A stretch of DNA of 32,000 nt from Wolbachia endosymbiont of Dirofilaria (Dirofilaria) immitis (GCF_013365455.1 NZ_CP046578.1:1-32000), one strand, 5' to 3'. Counted from the first letter of the stretch, positions 20,092-29,149 are shown. Translations and numbers: made by a program. Notes: generated by a model from the letters alone, not told the origin.

Positions 20092-20571
20092 TTACCTTTC
20101 TTTATTCTGCTTTGGAATAAGCTTATCATGTATGTACCATCTATATAGCAATATAAACATTCCACAAGCTATATATATATCTGCTAAGTTAAAAGCTGGC
20201 CAGTACCAATTGCCAGTATGAAAATATATAAAATCATATACAGCTCCCCAATAGATCCTATCAGCTACATTTCCAATTGCTCCACCAACCATAAGGGAAA
20301 AACTGAAATAAGTTAGTTTATCATTAGACTTATGTATCAAATATATAAGTATACTAATTATTATTATTGAAAATGTTGAAAAAAAAAGGTTACTATGCGG
20401 TAAAGTGCTAAACATTCCAAAACTAATCCCTGTATTCCATACTTCAACTAGTTTTATAAAGCTAGAAACTTCAATTGACTCTCCCTTATTAATCAATGAA
20501 TTTGTGTACAGTTTGCTAATCTGATCAGCTGATACCATGATTAGTATGGCAATTAAGCATAATTTTTTCAT
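20092..20571 (-). CDS. lspA: lipoprotein signal peptidase (signal peptidase II)
   Basis: 159 aa with four TM segments. Motifs NTGISFGMF, GGAIGNVADR, VYDFI and FNLADI. Confidence 0.92.
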   Translation of the reverse strand: MKKLCLIAILIMVSADQISKLYTNSLINKGESIEVSSFIKLVEVWNTGISFGMFSTLPHSNLFFSTFSIIIISILIYLIHKSNDKLTYFSFSLMVGGAIGNVADRIYWGAVYDFIYFHTGNWYWPAFNLADIYIACGMFILLYRWYIHDKLIPKQNKER

Positions 20572-21503
20572 AAGTTTGCTCTCAACTGATAGGCTTTAAG
20601 TATATCATGACTTATTTGTTTTGTTAATTCATCAATACTATGAAATCTTTTTTCTGACCTAATAAATTTTAAAAGTTGTATGTTGACCTTACAATCATAT
20701 ATGTCTCCATTAAAGTCAAATATATGCATTTCTATTATGGGCTTTCTTAAGTCCTTAAACGTAGGCCTCATACCAATGTTGACCACCCCATATAGCCAAT
20801 TTGGTGGATTGATGTCAGAAAATGCTACTTTAGCATAATATGTACCAAATTTGGGTTTTATCATGCAATCTTCTATCGCAATGTTTATAGTTGGAAATCC
20901 TATTTTCCTACCTCTGTGTGCACCTTCTGCTACAATACCAGAAACTTGATAAGGTCTGCCAAGTAACTTATTAGCAGTTTCTATTTCGCCTTTTTGTATA
21001 TGTTCTCTGATTAAAGAAGAAGAACAAACTTTTCCGTTAATCATTAATGGTTCCAATTTAGCTAAAGAGTACCCGTATGTTTTAGAACGTTTTTTTAAAA
21101 TTAATATATTACCTAATCGGTTATAACCAAAAGTGCAACTTTCCCCAACAACTATGTGTTTTGCACTGTATCTATCTATTAAAATCTTGCTAATGAAGTC
21201 GTTGAAACTTACTTGAGCAAAGCCTTTATTAAAGTTGATAATATATAAGTAATCTATATTGTAGTTGCTGATTAGCTCTTTTTTCTGTTCTTGGCTTATT
21301 AATCTAAAATTATTTTTGTTAAATAGGACAGTTGATGGGTGAGGCTCAAAAGTTAAAATTGCAGAGGGTAATTTTCTTTCCTGAGCTGTCTTTTTTAGAG
21401 AAGAAATTGCAAACTTATGTCCTAAATGCACACCATCGAAATTTCCAAAAGCTAATGCTACGCTGCTCTTTATCTCTTGCTCAAAGTCATAAATAACTTT
21501 CAT
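20568..21503 (-). CDS. ribF: bifunctional riboflavin kinase / FAD synthetase
   Basis: N-terminal GNFDGVHLGH, followed by GFPTINI and a C-terminal riboflavin-kinase block (IEMHIFDF..). Its stop overlaps the lspA start by 4 nt (ATGA). Confidence 0.92.
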   Translation of the reverse strand: MKVIYDFEQEIKSSVALAFGNFDGVHLGHKFAISSLKKTAQERKLPSAILTFEPHPSTVLFNKNNFRLISQEQKKELISNYNIDYLYIINFNKGFAQVSFNDFISKILIDRYSAKHIVVGESCTFGYNRLGNILILKKRSKTYGYSLAKLEPLMINGKVCSSSLIREHIQKGEIETANKLLGRPYQVSGIVAEGAHRGRKIGFPTINIAIEDCMIKPKFGTYYAKVAFSDINPPNWLYGVVNIGMRPTFKDLRKPIIEMHIFDFNGDIYDCKVNIQLLKFIRSEKRFHSIDELTKQISHDILKAYQLRANL

Positions 21504-21571
21504 ATAATTTGATGTTTTATAAATATTTCTTATATATAATAGCTATATTTTATAAACTACGGAGGTAAATC

Positions 21572-21943
21572 GTGAAAAATACTAAAGGAAAGGTTATAAT
21601 ATACGTAAGGCAATACTGTCCATTTTGTGAGAAAGCAAAAGAGTTACTGGACAAAAAAGGGGTAGAGTATGAAGAGATTGATGTACTCAAGAATTCAGAT
21701 TTGTTTGATGATATAAAATCAAAATATAATGTTAAAACGGTTCCACAAATCTTTATTAATGATAAAAATGGCAATTGTATGCACCATATTGCTGGATGTG
21801 ACGAATTGATGAATCTTGAAAAAGAAGGGAAATTAGATGATATGTTAAATAATAATGAAGATCATATTGATGTCATAACCTATACAAGTAGCAGTTATGA
21901 ATGTGAAGAATATGTTATACCACCAGATGATAGTTTTATGTAA
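21572..21943 (+). CDS. grxC: dithiol glutaredoxin with an insertion and an acidic C-terminal extension
   Basis: GTG start after ggaggt. Active site is CPFC, with TVPQIFI and AGCDEL blocks. At 123 aa it is longer than the ~85 aa usual for Grx3-type proteins. Confidence 0.85.
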   Translation: MKNTKGKVIIYVRQYCPFCEKAKELLDKKGVEYEEIDVLKNSDLFDDIKSKYNVKTVPQIFINDKNGNCMHHIAGCDELMNLEKEGKLDDMLNNNEDHIDVITYTSSSYECEEYVIPPDDSFM

Positions 21944-22051
21944 TTTCTTATCTCATTTTCATTGTCGTTCAGTACACGAATGGAAAGTTGGTGTGCTCGC
22001 TTAAGCTATTTTTAATAGATTAAAATACAATTTATTTAGTAATTTTTTTTA

Positions 22052-22936
22052 GTGAGCAAAAAAATGAGAAGGAATGTTTTAATTGTTAACAAGAATTTAA
22101 TTAGTGTTGAACTAGTTAATAAGCAAGATTTAGAAAATTTCATTAAGATTTTCACAGTGCTTAATAAACACATAGCAGCAAGAACACTTTTTACAGAAGA
22201 AGTGAGAATAGAATATAAGCAATATAATAGTATAGAGGTTGTTAATTTGCTAAAAAGTTCAGGTTTTATGTATCATGACGTTGAAAATATATTAAATCAC
22301 TTGAGTAAACATGGAGTAGAGCTGCCGAACAGTGTTGTAGCATACACTCTCTTTTCTGCATACAATAGTAAACTTGAAGCTAAGGATGTAGCATTTTCCC
22401 TTTTTAAAAATTCTCCACGATTTAACATCAGGGTAAATAAAAACATCTTTATAATAACTCCTATGAATGAGGAGAATTTAAAGTTGAATTCACAAAATAG
22501 CAAAATGTTCATAGAGTTATTAAAGAGTGAGAAAAATATGTATGATTGTGTAGTGGGAGAGAATACTATTAGTGTAGTAGTACATTCCAAAATACATCAG
22601 GTCATAAATTCAATTGTAAGATCACTGATAAAGTCTTGCTTTTTAGCACAAGAGGAAGAAGTAAAGCTCAAAGAGAGACTGAAACAACTTGCTTTTAAGG
22701 ATCAAGCTTTCGTTGAATATTCTAGTATAAAAGCCATAAATAGATACCCACACAATCATCCTTTAAAAAGATATAAAAACATTACTAAAGACATAGAAAA
22801 CATTTTGTATAATTTTGTAATAAATGAGAATAGTGAATTTACTGTAGAGCAACTAAATAAGTTGAGCTTAGAGGTTTCTCCTGATACTCCAAGAATTATT
22901 ACTAAAACTATAGATAAACTTGTTAAGTTCCACTAA
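22052..22936 (+). CDS. hypothetical protein (orphan; no motif recognised)
   Basis: Uninterrupted 294-codon ORF in a window where non-coding DNA is dense in stops. GTG start at 22052, or ATG at 22064. I recognise no family motif. Confidence 0.55.
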   Translation: MSKKMRRNVLIVNKNLISVELVNKQDLENFIKIFTVLNKHIAARTLFTEEVRIEYKQYNSIEVVNLLKSSGFMYHDVENILNHLSKHGVELPNSVVAYTLFSAYNSKLEAKDVAFSLFKNSPRFNIRVNKNIFIITPMNEENLKLNSQNSKMFIELLKSEKNMYDCVVGENTISVVVHSKIHQVINSIVRSLIKSCFLAQEEEVKLKERLKQLAFKDQAFVEYSSIKAINRYPHNHPLKRYKNITKDIENILYNFVINENSEFTVEQLNKLSLEVSPDTPRIITKTIDKLVKFH

Positions 22937-22982
22937 GTTACTTTAATATTATTTTTGTTATGGCACGGAAATAGCTCTAAAA

Positions 22983-23492
22983 TTAGAAAGCCTTAAATCG
23001 CCAGAATTTCTCTTTACCTTTACTAATTCCAATTCTTGGGGTACAGATATAATTTGGTTTAAGATGAGACTCATAAACACAAAATTCATGGCTTATAGTG
23101 AGATCTTGGTTATTATGTTCTTTTGTAATATTTAATCTTTTGCATAGTATTCCTGGCCCGTTTAAGTTTACCTCAGGCGGTTCAATGAGCTTCAATCCTC
23201 GTATTAACACTGCGGCTGGAAATCCTTCTGTCTCTGTTACAATGTTTAAACAGTAATGCATTCCATATGTGAAATATACATACGAAAACCCTGGCATGCC
23301 AAACATTACTGAAGTTCGGTTAGTGTAGCCTCGTGCTGCATGACAAGCTGGGTCATCTATTCCTATATAGGCTTCAACTTCAGTTATTATCCCACTAAAG
23401 CTAGAAAACTTTAGTGTTTTTCCTAATAACTCTCCAGCTACAATTAAAGTTGGCTGCTCATAAAAATTTCTTGGTAGTATTATATTATTCAT
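22983..23492 (-). CDS. mpg: DNA-3-methyladenine glycosylase (Mpg/AAG family)
   Basis: Blocks [64 protein letters not shown] and AAVLIRG. The ORF track starts at TTG 23522, inside a hairpin. ATG 23492 ([11 protein letters not shown]) is the more likely start. Confidence 0.88.
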   Translation of the reverse strand: MNNIILPRNFYEQPTLIVAGELLGKTLKFSSFSGIITEVEAYIGIDDPACHAARGYTNRTSVMFGMPGFSYVYFTYGMHYCLNIVTETEGFPAAVLIRGLKLIEPPEVNLNGPGILCKRLNITKEHNNQDLTISHEFCVYESHLKPNYICTPRIGISKGKEKFWRFKAF

Positions 23493-23495
23493 TGT

Positions 23496-23537
23496 AACAG
23501 TATAAGTTGCTTGCAAATGCAAGCAACTTATACTGTT
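23496..23537 (+). terminator. perfect 19-bp-stem hairpin (4-nt loop) with a T-tract on the + strand
   Basis: aacagtataagttgcttgc-aaat-gcaagcaacttatactgtt followed by tttcttattt, every pair checked by hand. It sits 8 nt after the stop of the 343-aa ORF and 3 nt before the mpg ATG. Confidence 0.45.
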
Positions 23538-23545
23538 TTTCTTAT

Positions 23546-24577
23546 TTAGTTAAGAGGATATATACATCTCTGAGAAACAGGAGCTTGATGTTCTTGCGGT
23601 TTGTCTACACCTGTTACGTTTGTTGAAGGGTGATGCAAAATTTTGACTAATTCAGAACTTTTTTGTTGTAGTTGTGGCAATTGTGATGCTAATGCTTCAT
23701 ATAGGAATTTTGCTTCACATTTCTTGCCTACTTTTACCTCTTTATTTGCACGTAATTGTTCTTCAGTGATACTATTGCTCTTGATAAGCCTTATAGAACC
23801 ATCATCGTTGATGTTAATTTTAATATTACATTCTTTTTCTCCAGCATACCATTTTATAGTCATTTGATATGATCCATTGATCACCTCATAAACTCTTTTT
23901 CCACTATCATTAATGTAGCAACATGCTCCTCTTGTTTTTTTTTGGTTAGGGTAGCAGAATGTGATTGTTTTTACGTTATATTTTTTACATATATTACCAC
24001 TTAGAAGTTTAGTTACATTTACTTCTTTTTCACTATCATTCAATGTAACTCTTATGGAAGGATAAACAAGATTGTTTTCCCTTTTGGCTTCTTTGAGCCT
24101 TATAGATCCTATAGTGTTGTTTGCTATACTTTTAGATATCTCTCTTTTGATTTGTTCAGCTATTTTACCTGTAATATCTCTGCCATTATATTTATTTTTA
24201 CCACGAGCAAAGGGCTTTTGATTTGTGATATTAGTAGAAAGGTTGTTCTGCAATAAAAAGAACTTATTCCATGCTTCATCATTATCAAGAATAATACTAC
24301 GCTCACTTTTATCTAGTGTTAATTCAGATGTATTCTGAGTGCTCAAGTCACTAGGAAATTCTTCTTTTACAGTTATATCGGAATTATCACCACTTACCCT
24401 TTTATTGTTCAGGGAGGTAAGATACTCTTCTTGCTTTTTTTTGTTCGCTTTTAAGGCTGTCTTATTGGAAGAAGATTCTTCCACCATAAGTGCATAGGGA
24501 CTTTCAACTTTTCCCTTAATTGTGGAACAGATAGCTTTCCAAAGTTTTCTAATCTTGTCTAACATATACTCCTCCAT
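23546..24577 (-). CDS. hypothetical protein (orphan) with a polar low-complexity N-terminal half and a Cys-containing C-terminal domain
   Basis: Uninterrupted 343-codon ORF. The second ATG (24565) is preceded by ggaggag. GSIRL occurs twice, with PSIRV between the two copies. No known family motif recognised. Confidence 0.55.
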   Translation of the reverse strand: MEEYMLDKIRKLWKAICSTIKGKVESPYALMVEESSSNKTALKANKKKQEEYLTSLNNKRVSGDNSDITVKEEFPSDLSTQNTSELTLDKSERSIILDNDEAWNKFFLLQNNLSTNITNQKPFARGKNKYNGRDITGKIAEQIKREISKSIANNTIGSIRLKEAKRENNLVYPSIRVTLNDSEKEVNVTKLLSGNICKKYNVKTITFCYPNQKKTRGACCYINDSGKRVYEVINGSYQMTIKWYAGEKECNIKININDDGSIRLIKSNSITEEQLRANKEVKVGKKCEAKFLYEALASQLPQLQQKSSELVKILHHPSTNVTGVDKPQEHQAPVSQRCIYPLN

Positions 24578-24635
24578 TAGTATTGATATATAACTAGTAT
24601 AAAAGCATTATATCAGTTAGTCAATATTGAAGCTG

Positions 24636-25566
24636 TTAGTATTGAAGGCTCAAATGTTTTTCTGCTTGATTAGTTAAAACGCGTCCCCTTGGTATGTGCT
24701 TTATGAAATTGATTTTTGTAAGATAAGACTCCACTGTTTCTTTAATATTATCGCTATCCTTAGATAGTGTGATGAATATAGTGTCAATTCTCCAATAGGT
24801 CCTGAGGTACTAAATAAATTAGATATTAGCTAATATCTAATTTATTTAGTTTCATTTTATTTATGCCCAATTTTGATAGTGCGGAGTCAGCAATTTCATG
24901 GATAATTTTTTTATCGTTTTCTGTTTTAACAAAATTCCTTGTTTTTTTGAGTAATCTTGAAGCAATTCTTGGAGTATCATGTGTACAGCAAGCAATTTCT
25001 TTGTATTATATCTTTCCTGATTTCAGCAGAAAAAATTTTGTGCATCTTTTTATAGTTTTAGTCAGCTATTCGAAGGAAGAAAGCTCAAGGTGTAAAGGGA
25101 TGCTAAAACGATTACTTAACAAGGTGGGAAGTAGTCAAGTCATGTTGTTGTTCCGGTCAACGTAAAGGTGGTGGTTCTATCCTCAAGTGCAAGTGAATGA
25201 ACTTCTTCAATGCTATGGTTTGGTCTATAGACTTTGCTGGTAGATAGAACACATCTTCTACATTTAAAGTAGTGAACGCTGCAGCTAGATTTCTAGTTTT
25301 ATTAGGTAAAGGATCAGAGATTGCACGAAAACCAACTCTTGATTTTTTAGAAACAATTTGTACTAAAATTATTTTTCCAACCCTCTGGCTAACCAGAGTA
25401 ACAGAATGTGATTAAAGCTTCAGTTTTTGTCTGTTCAGCGTTTGTAAGTACTCTTAAATTTGTGTATTCAGTCTTTTTATTCAATAAAGTCATCAAGCCG
25501 TTCAGGCCTAATATTTAAATTGTGTACATTTTGAGTATATTCTTTACCATATGGTATCGATTTCAT
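24636..25566 (-). pseudogene. ruvB: ruvB (Holliday junction branch-migration ATPase) pseudogene
   Basis: Manual three-frame translation gives colinear RuvB blocks from start to stop. In order: [14 protein letters not shown]; NAEQTKTEAL/HILLL; a degenerate Walker A ARGLEK/GKIILVQIVSKK..GFRAISDPL; FTLTGTTT* (TGA where Arg is expected); NRFSIPLHLE; [18 protein letters not shown]; GPIG; [42 protein letters not shown]. The path needs at least 5 frame changes and crosses at least 6 premature stops. Confidence 0.9.
24809..24850. repeat. perfect 42-bp palindrome (21+21, no spacer) inside the ruvB pseudogene
   Basis: actaaataaattagatattag|ctaatatctaatttatttagt. All 21 pairs were verified position by position. 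The pairing breaks at 24808/24851. Confidence 0.95.
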
Positions 25567-25570
25567 AATA

Positions 25571-26135
25571 TTATATTGAAAATTCCTTAAGTGCTATACG
25601 AATAATCTCTTTGGTATCTGAGTTTGGCGATTTGTTTCGTATTTTACTGTATAGTAGACTTTCATTTTTACCAAAGATTGATTAAAGCTGATACAGCAGC
25701 TTCTTTAATTAGATAAAAGTTTCTATTATTTAGTTATTTATTTCCAGTTTATTCACTTTGCTACTTAGTTCAGTGATAATTAGATTTATGAATTTTAAAC
25801 CAAGTCCACTTATTGTAACTTTATTCTCACTCATAATTGCTAAGAACAGCTGCTCTGGAGTTAGTTTACTTCAAAATTAACATATTGCGGATTCTATAGC
25901 TAACACCACTCACTTTAACTAGTTGTAAGCACTGCTACCCTTTTTTGCTTGTAGAGCCGTATAGTTGAGTAATATTTATTTGCGTAGATTTTAATAAAAA
26001 GCTTAACTTTGCTTTAGAGTTTGCCTCTTACTTAGAAAAACTAGAAAGCCACGTGACACAATTAAACACAAGACATCAACTATGTAGCACCCTCTCTGTC
26101 ACTTTGACCTGTACAGGTTGAAGGTAATTAAACAT
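25571..26135 (-). pseudogene. ruvA: ruvA (Holliday junction DNA-binding subunit) pseudogene
   Basis: Colinear RuvA-like blocks are spread over three frames. In order: MFNYLQPVQVKVTE; IVDV..; VKLFIKIYANK..LY; LVKVSGVSYRI; [35 protein letters not shown] (HhH region); KEAAVSALINL(+1)[21 protein letters not shown]. The stop lies 4 nt before the ruvB ATG, which is the classic ruvAB operon spacing. Confidence 0.8.
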
Positions 26136-26317
26136 CCTTACTTTCATGATAAGAGGATTGGAAAAGTTTGTCAAGTGTTTTTTTATTTGTAGCTAGAGAG
26201 ATCTGGATGCTAGTTAGTTACTTATGTGATTTCCTTCTTATGAGTCTGTGTTTATGTTATTATCCCATAATAATGAGGAATTTGTAGAAAGTTACTGTAA
26301 ACTCATGTATTTTAACT

Positions 26318-29149
26318 ATGATAGTCGAAAGTGTGTGGTGTATGGAAGATTTCATCAGAATTAAGGGTGCAAGAGAACATAATCTGCAAGGTGTAGATGT
26401 TGATATACCAAAAAATAATCTAGTTGTTATCACTGGACTGAGTGGTTCTGGTAAATCTAGTCTTGCGTTTGACACGATTTATGCAGAAGGTCAACGTCGG
26501 TACGTTGAGAGCTTATCAACCTATGCGCGCCAATTTCTTAACATCGAGGATAAACCAGATGTTGAATCAATTACGGGTCTCTCCCCAACAATATCCATTA
26601 ACCAGAAATCGATCTCAAAAAGTCCAAGATCAACAGTTGGAACTGTTACTGAAATTTATGATTATCTACGCTTAATGTATGCCCGAATAGGGGTTCCTTA
26701 CTCACCTGTAACTGGACTACCAATAAGGAAACAAACTATATCTCAAATTGTAGATGCTATAATGGCGTTACCTTTAGAAACTAAAGTATATATTCTTGCT
26801 CCCATTGTACGTGATAGAAAGGGGGAACATCTCAAAGAGATATTGGAAATTAGAAGGCAAGGTTATGTAAGACTAAAAATAGATGGTAGAATGCATGATA
26901 TAAGTGACCTACCCAAGCTTGATAAAAGTAAAAGGCATGATATCTTTGTGATTATAGATAAGGTATCAATATCAGATGATATAGGAAATAGATTGCCAAG
27001 TAGTATAGAATCGGCATTAAGACTTGGTCATGGGTTAATATATGTAGAAATAATAGACTTACCTAATGATCGTGATTCCGAGTATAAAAATGGTCATATA
27101 CTAACCTTTTCGGAGAATTTTACATGTCCGGAGTCCGGTTTCACTCTTAGAGAAATAGAGCCAGGGTTCTTTTCTTTTAATAGCCCCTATGGGGCGTGTG
27201 GGTTATGTAATGGACTTGGTAAGAAGCTAAGTGTTGATATAAAGCTAATAGTGCCGGATGAAACGCTTTCAATATCTAAAGGCGCTTTAAGGCCATTGGG
27301 GCCAATATTCTATCAAACACACAAAAATTATGGATTTCTAAAGGATGCAATCCTGTTACTAGCTGAAAATTATAAATTTAGTCTTGATGTCTCATGGAAG
27401 AATATAGATCAAAAAGTGAAGGATGTAATACTTTTTGGTTCTAGAGAAATGGGATTTCAAGGTTTGGTCAATATTCTAGAATGTCAGATAGATTATGATA
27501 AAACACTTATTGAGCGATATTGCTCTATTGCTTACTGTAAGGAATGTACTGGTTATAGATTGAGAAAAGAAGCACTTACGGTAAAAATTGATGAAAAGCA
27601 CATAGGTGAAATATCTAGGTTTAGTATTGATGAATCTCTTAAATGGTTTGAAAATTTGCCGAGTAAACTTACAGAACAACAGAAGCAAATCTCAATTAAG
27701 ATATTAAATGAAGTGGTTAAGAGGCTGATCTTTTTGAGAAATGTAGGGTTGAATTATCTTACACTTGACCGTGAGTCTAGTACTCTATCTAGTGGCGAGA
27801 GCCAGAGAATTAGGCTTGCTTCGCAAATAGGTTCTGGTTTAACAGGAGTACTGTATGTGCTTGATGAGCCTTCAGTAGGTCTTCATCAATATGATAATTA
27901 TCGATTAATTACCACACTCAAAAACTTAAGAGATATAGGTAATACTGTAATTGTTGTTGAACATGATGAAGATACAATAATGGCTGCTGATTATGTAATT
28001 GATATTGGTTATGGAGCTGGTATAAATGGAGGAAGAATCATTGCAGAAGGAACACCAGATCATCTGCAGAAGAGCTCAAAGAGTATAACAGGGCAATATT
28101 TAAGTGGAAGGAGAAAAATTTTAATTCCAAAGAGAAGAAAACAAACAACTCAGTTTATTAAAGTAATTAACGCGTGTGAGAATAATTTAAAGAATATAAG
28201 CGTTGAGTTTCCTATAGGAAATTTTATTTGTGTTACTGGAATATCAGGGGGAGGGAAATCGAGTTTAGTTATAGAAACACTATATAAATATTCAGCATAT
28301 AAAATATATCATTCATCTGTAAAGCATGGTAGGTGTGATAAAATAGAAGGCCTTGAGTATATAGATAAAGTTATAGAAGTCGACCAGTCACCAATTGGTA
28401 AGACTCCCACATCAAATCCAGCAACATATGTAGGTGTCTTTACTCATATAAGAAATTGGTTTGCAGGGCTTCCGGAATCAAAAGCACGGGGTTATAGCAT
28501 AAACCGATTTTCATTTAATGCTAAGGGAGGAAGGTGCGAAGCATGCAAAGGTGATGGACATCTAAAAATAGAAATGCATTTTCTACCAGATGTTTATGTG
28601 AAATGTGAACAGTGTAAAGGTCAGCGATATAATCGGGAGACATTAGAGGTCACTTATAAAGGTAAGTCAATTTTTGATGTGCTTGATATGACTATAGATC
28701 AAGCCTGTGATTTTTTTGAAAACCTTCCAATGATAAAAGAAAAATTGGTTTCTTTGCAGGAAGTAGGGCTTGGATATGTAAAACTTGGACAGTCATCGAC
28801 AACGTTGTCTGGGGGAGAAGCACAGCGGATAAAGCTATCTAAAGAGCTATCTAAACGATTTACTGGTAGGACATTATATATTCTTGATGAGCCAACAATT
28901 GGACTACACTTTGAAGATGTAAATAACTTACTGAAAGTGCTTCATAAATTGGTTGATTTAAAAAACACTGTTATAGTTATCGAGCATAATTTACATGTTA
29001 TAAAAAATGCAGATTATATAGTAGACATCGGACCAGAGGGTGGAGTAAAAGGCGGGGAAGTGGTTGCTAAAGGCACTCCAGAAAGTATAATAGATATACC
29101 AGAGAGTATTACAGGTAAATATCTTAAATCATACTTGTCAACGGTATAA
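26318..29149 (+). CDS. uvrA: excinuclease ABC subunit A
   Basis: N-terminus IRIKGAREHNL. Two Walker A motifs (GLSGSGKSSLAFDT, GISGGGKSSL), two LSGGE signatures and CxxC zinc modules are present. The true start is probably ATG 26342 (MEDFIRIKG..). Confidence 0.95.
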   Translation: MIVESVWCMEDFIRIKGAREHNLQGVDVDIPKNNLVVITGLSGSGKSSLAFDTIYAEGQRRYVESLSTYARQFLNIEDKPDVESITGLSPTISINQKSISKSPRSTVGTVTEIYDYLRLMYARIGVPYSPVTGLPIRKQTISQIVDAIMALPLETKVYILAPIVRDRKGEHLKEILEIRRQGYVRLKIDGRMHDISDLPKLDKSKRHDIFVIIDKVSISDDIGNRLPSSIESALRLGHGLIYVEIIDLPNDRDSEYKNGHILTFSENFTCPESGFTLREIEPGFFSFNSPYGACGLCNGLGKKLSVDIKLIVPDETLSISKGALRPLGPIFYQTHKNYGFLKDAILLLAENYKFSLDVSWKNIDQKVKDVILFGSREMGFQGLVNILECQIDYDKTLIERYCSIAYCKECTGYRLRKEALTVKIDEKHIGEISRFSIDESLKWFENLPSKLTEQQKQISIKILNEVVKRLIFLRNVGLNYLTLDRESSTLSSGESQRIRLASQIGSGLTGVLYVLDEPSVGLHQYDNYRLITTLKNLRDIGNTVIVVEHDEDTIMAADYVIDIGYGAGINGGRIIAEGTPDHLQKSSKSITGQYLSGRRKILIPKRRKQTTQFIKVINACENNLKNISVEFPIGNFICVTGISGGGKSSLVIETLYKYSAYKIYHSSVKHGRCDKIEGLEYIDKVIEVDQSPIGKTPTSNPATYVGVFTHIRNWFAGLPESKARGYSINRFSFNAKGGRCEACKGDGHLKIEMHFLPDVYVKCEQCKGQRYNRETLEVTYKGKSIFDVLDMTIDQACDFFENLPMIKEKLVSLQEVGLGYVKLGQSSTTLSGGEAQRIKLSKELSKRFTGRTLYILDEPTIGLHFEDVNNLLKVLHKLVDLKNTVIVIEHNLHVIKNADYIVDIGPEGGVKGGEVVAKGTPESIIDIPESITGKYLKSYLSTV

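Noticed and set aside
23493-23522. N-terminal extension of mpg ([10 protein letters not shown]) given by the ORF track
   Set aside because: It starts at a TTG inside the 19-bp hairpin and is encoded entirely by hairpin sequence. The conserved Mpg N-terminus begins at the ATG at 23492.
24863-25165. 100-aa ORF on the + strand in the apparently empty region upstream of uvrA
   Set aside because: It runs antisense to clearly recognisable RuvB-homologous sequence (the pseudogene) and has no motif or RBS of its own. It is a shadow ORF.
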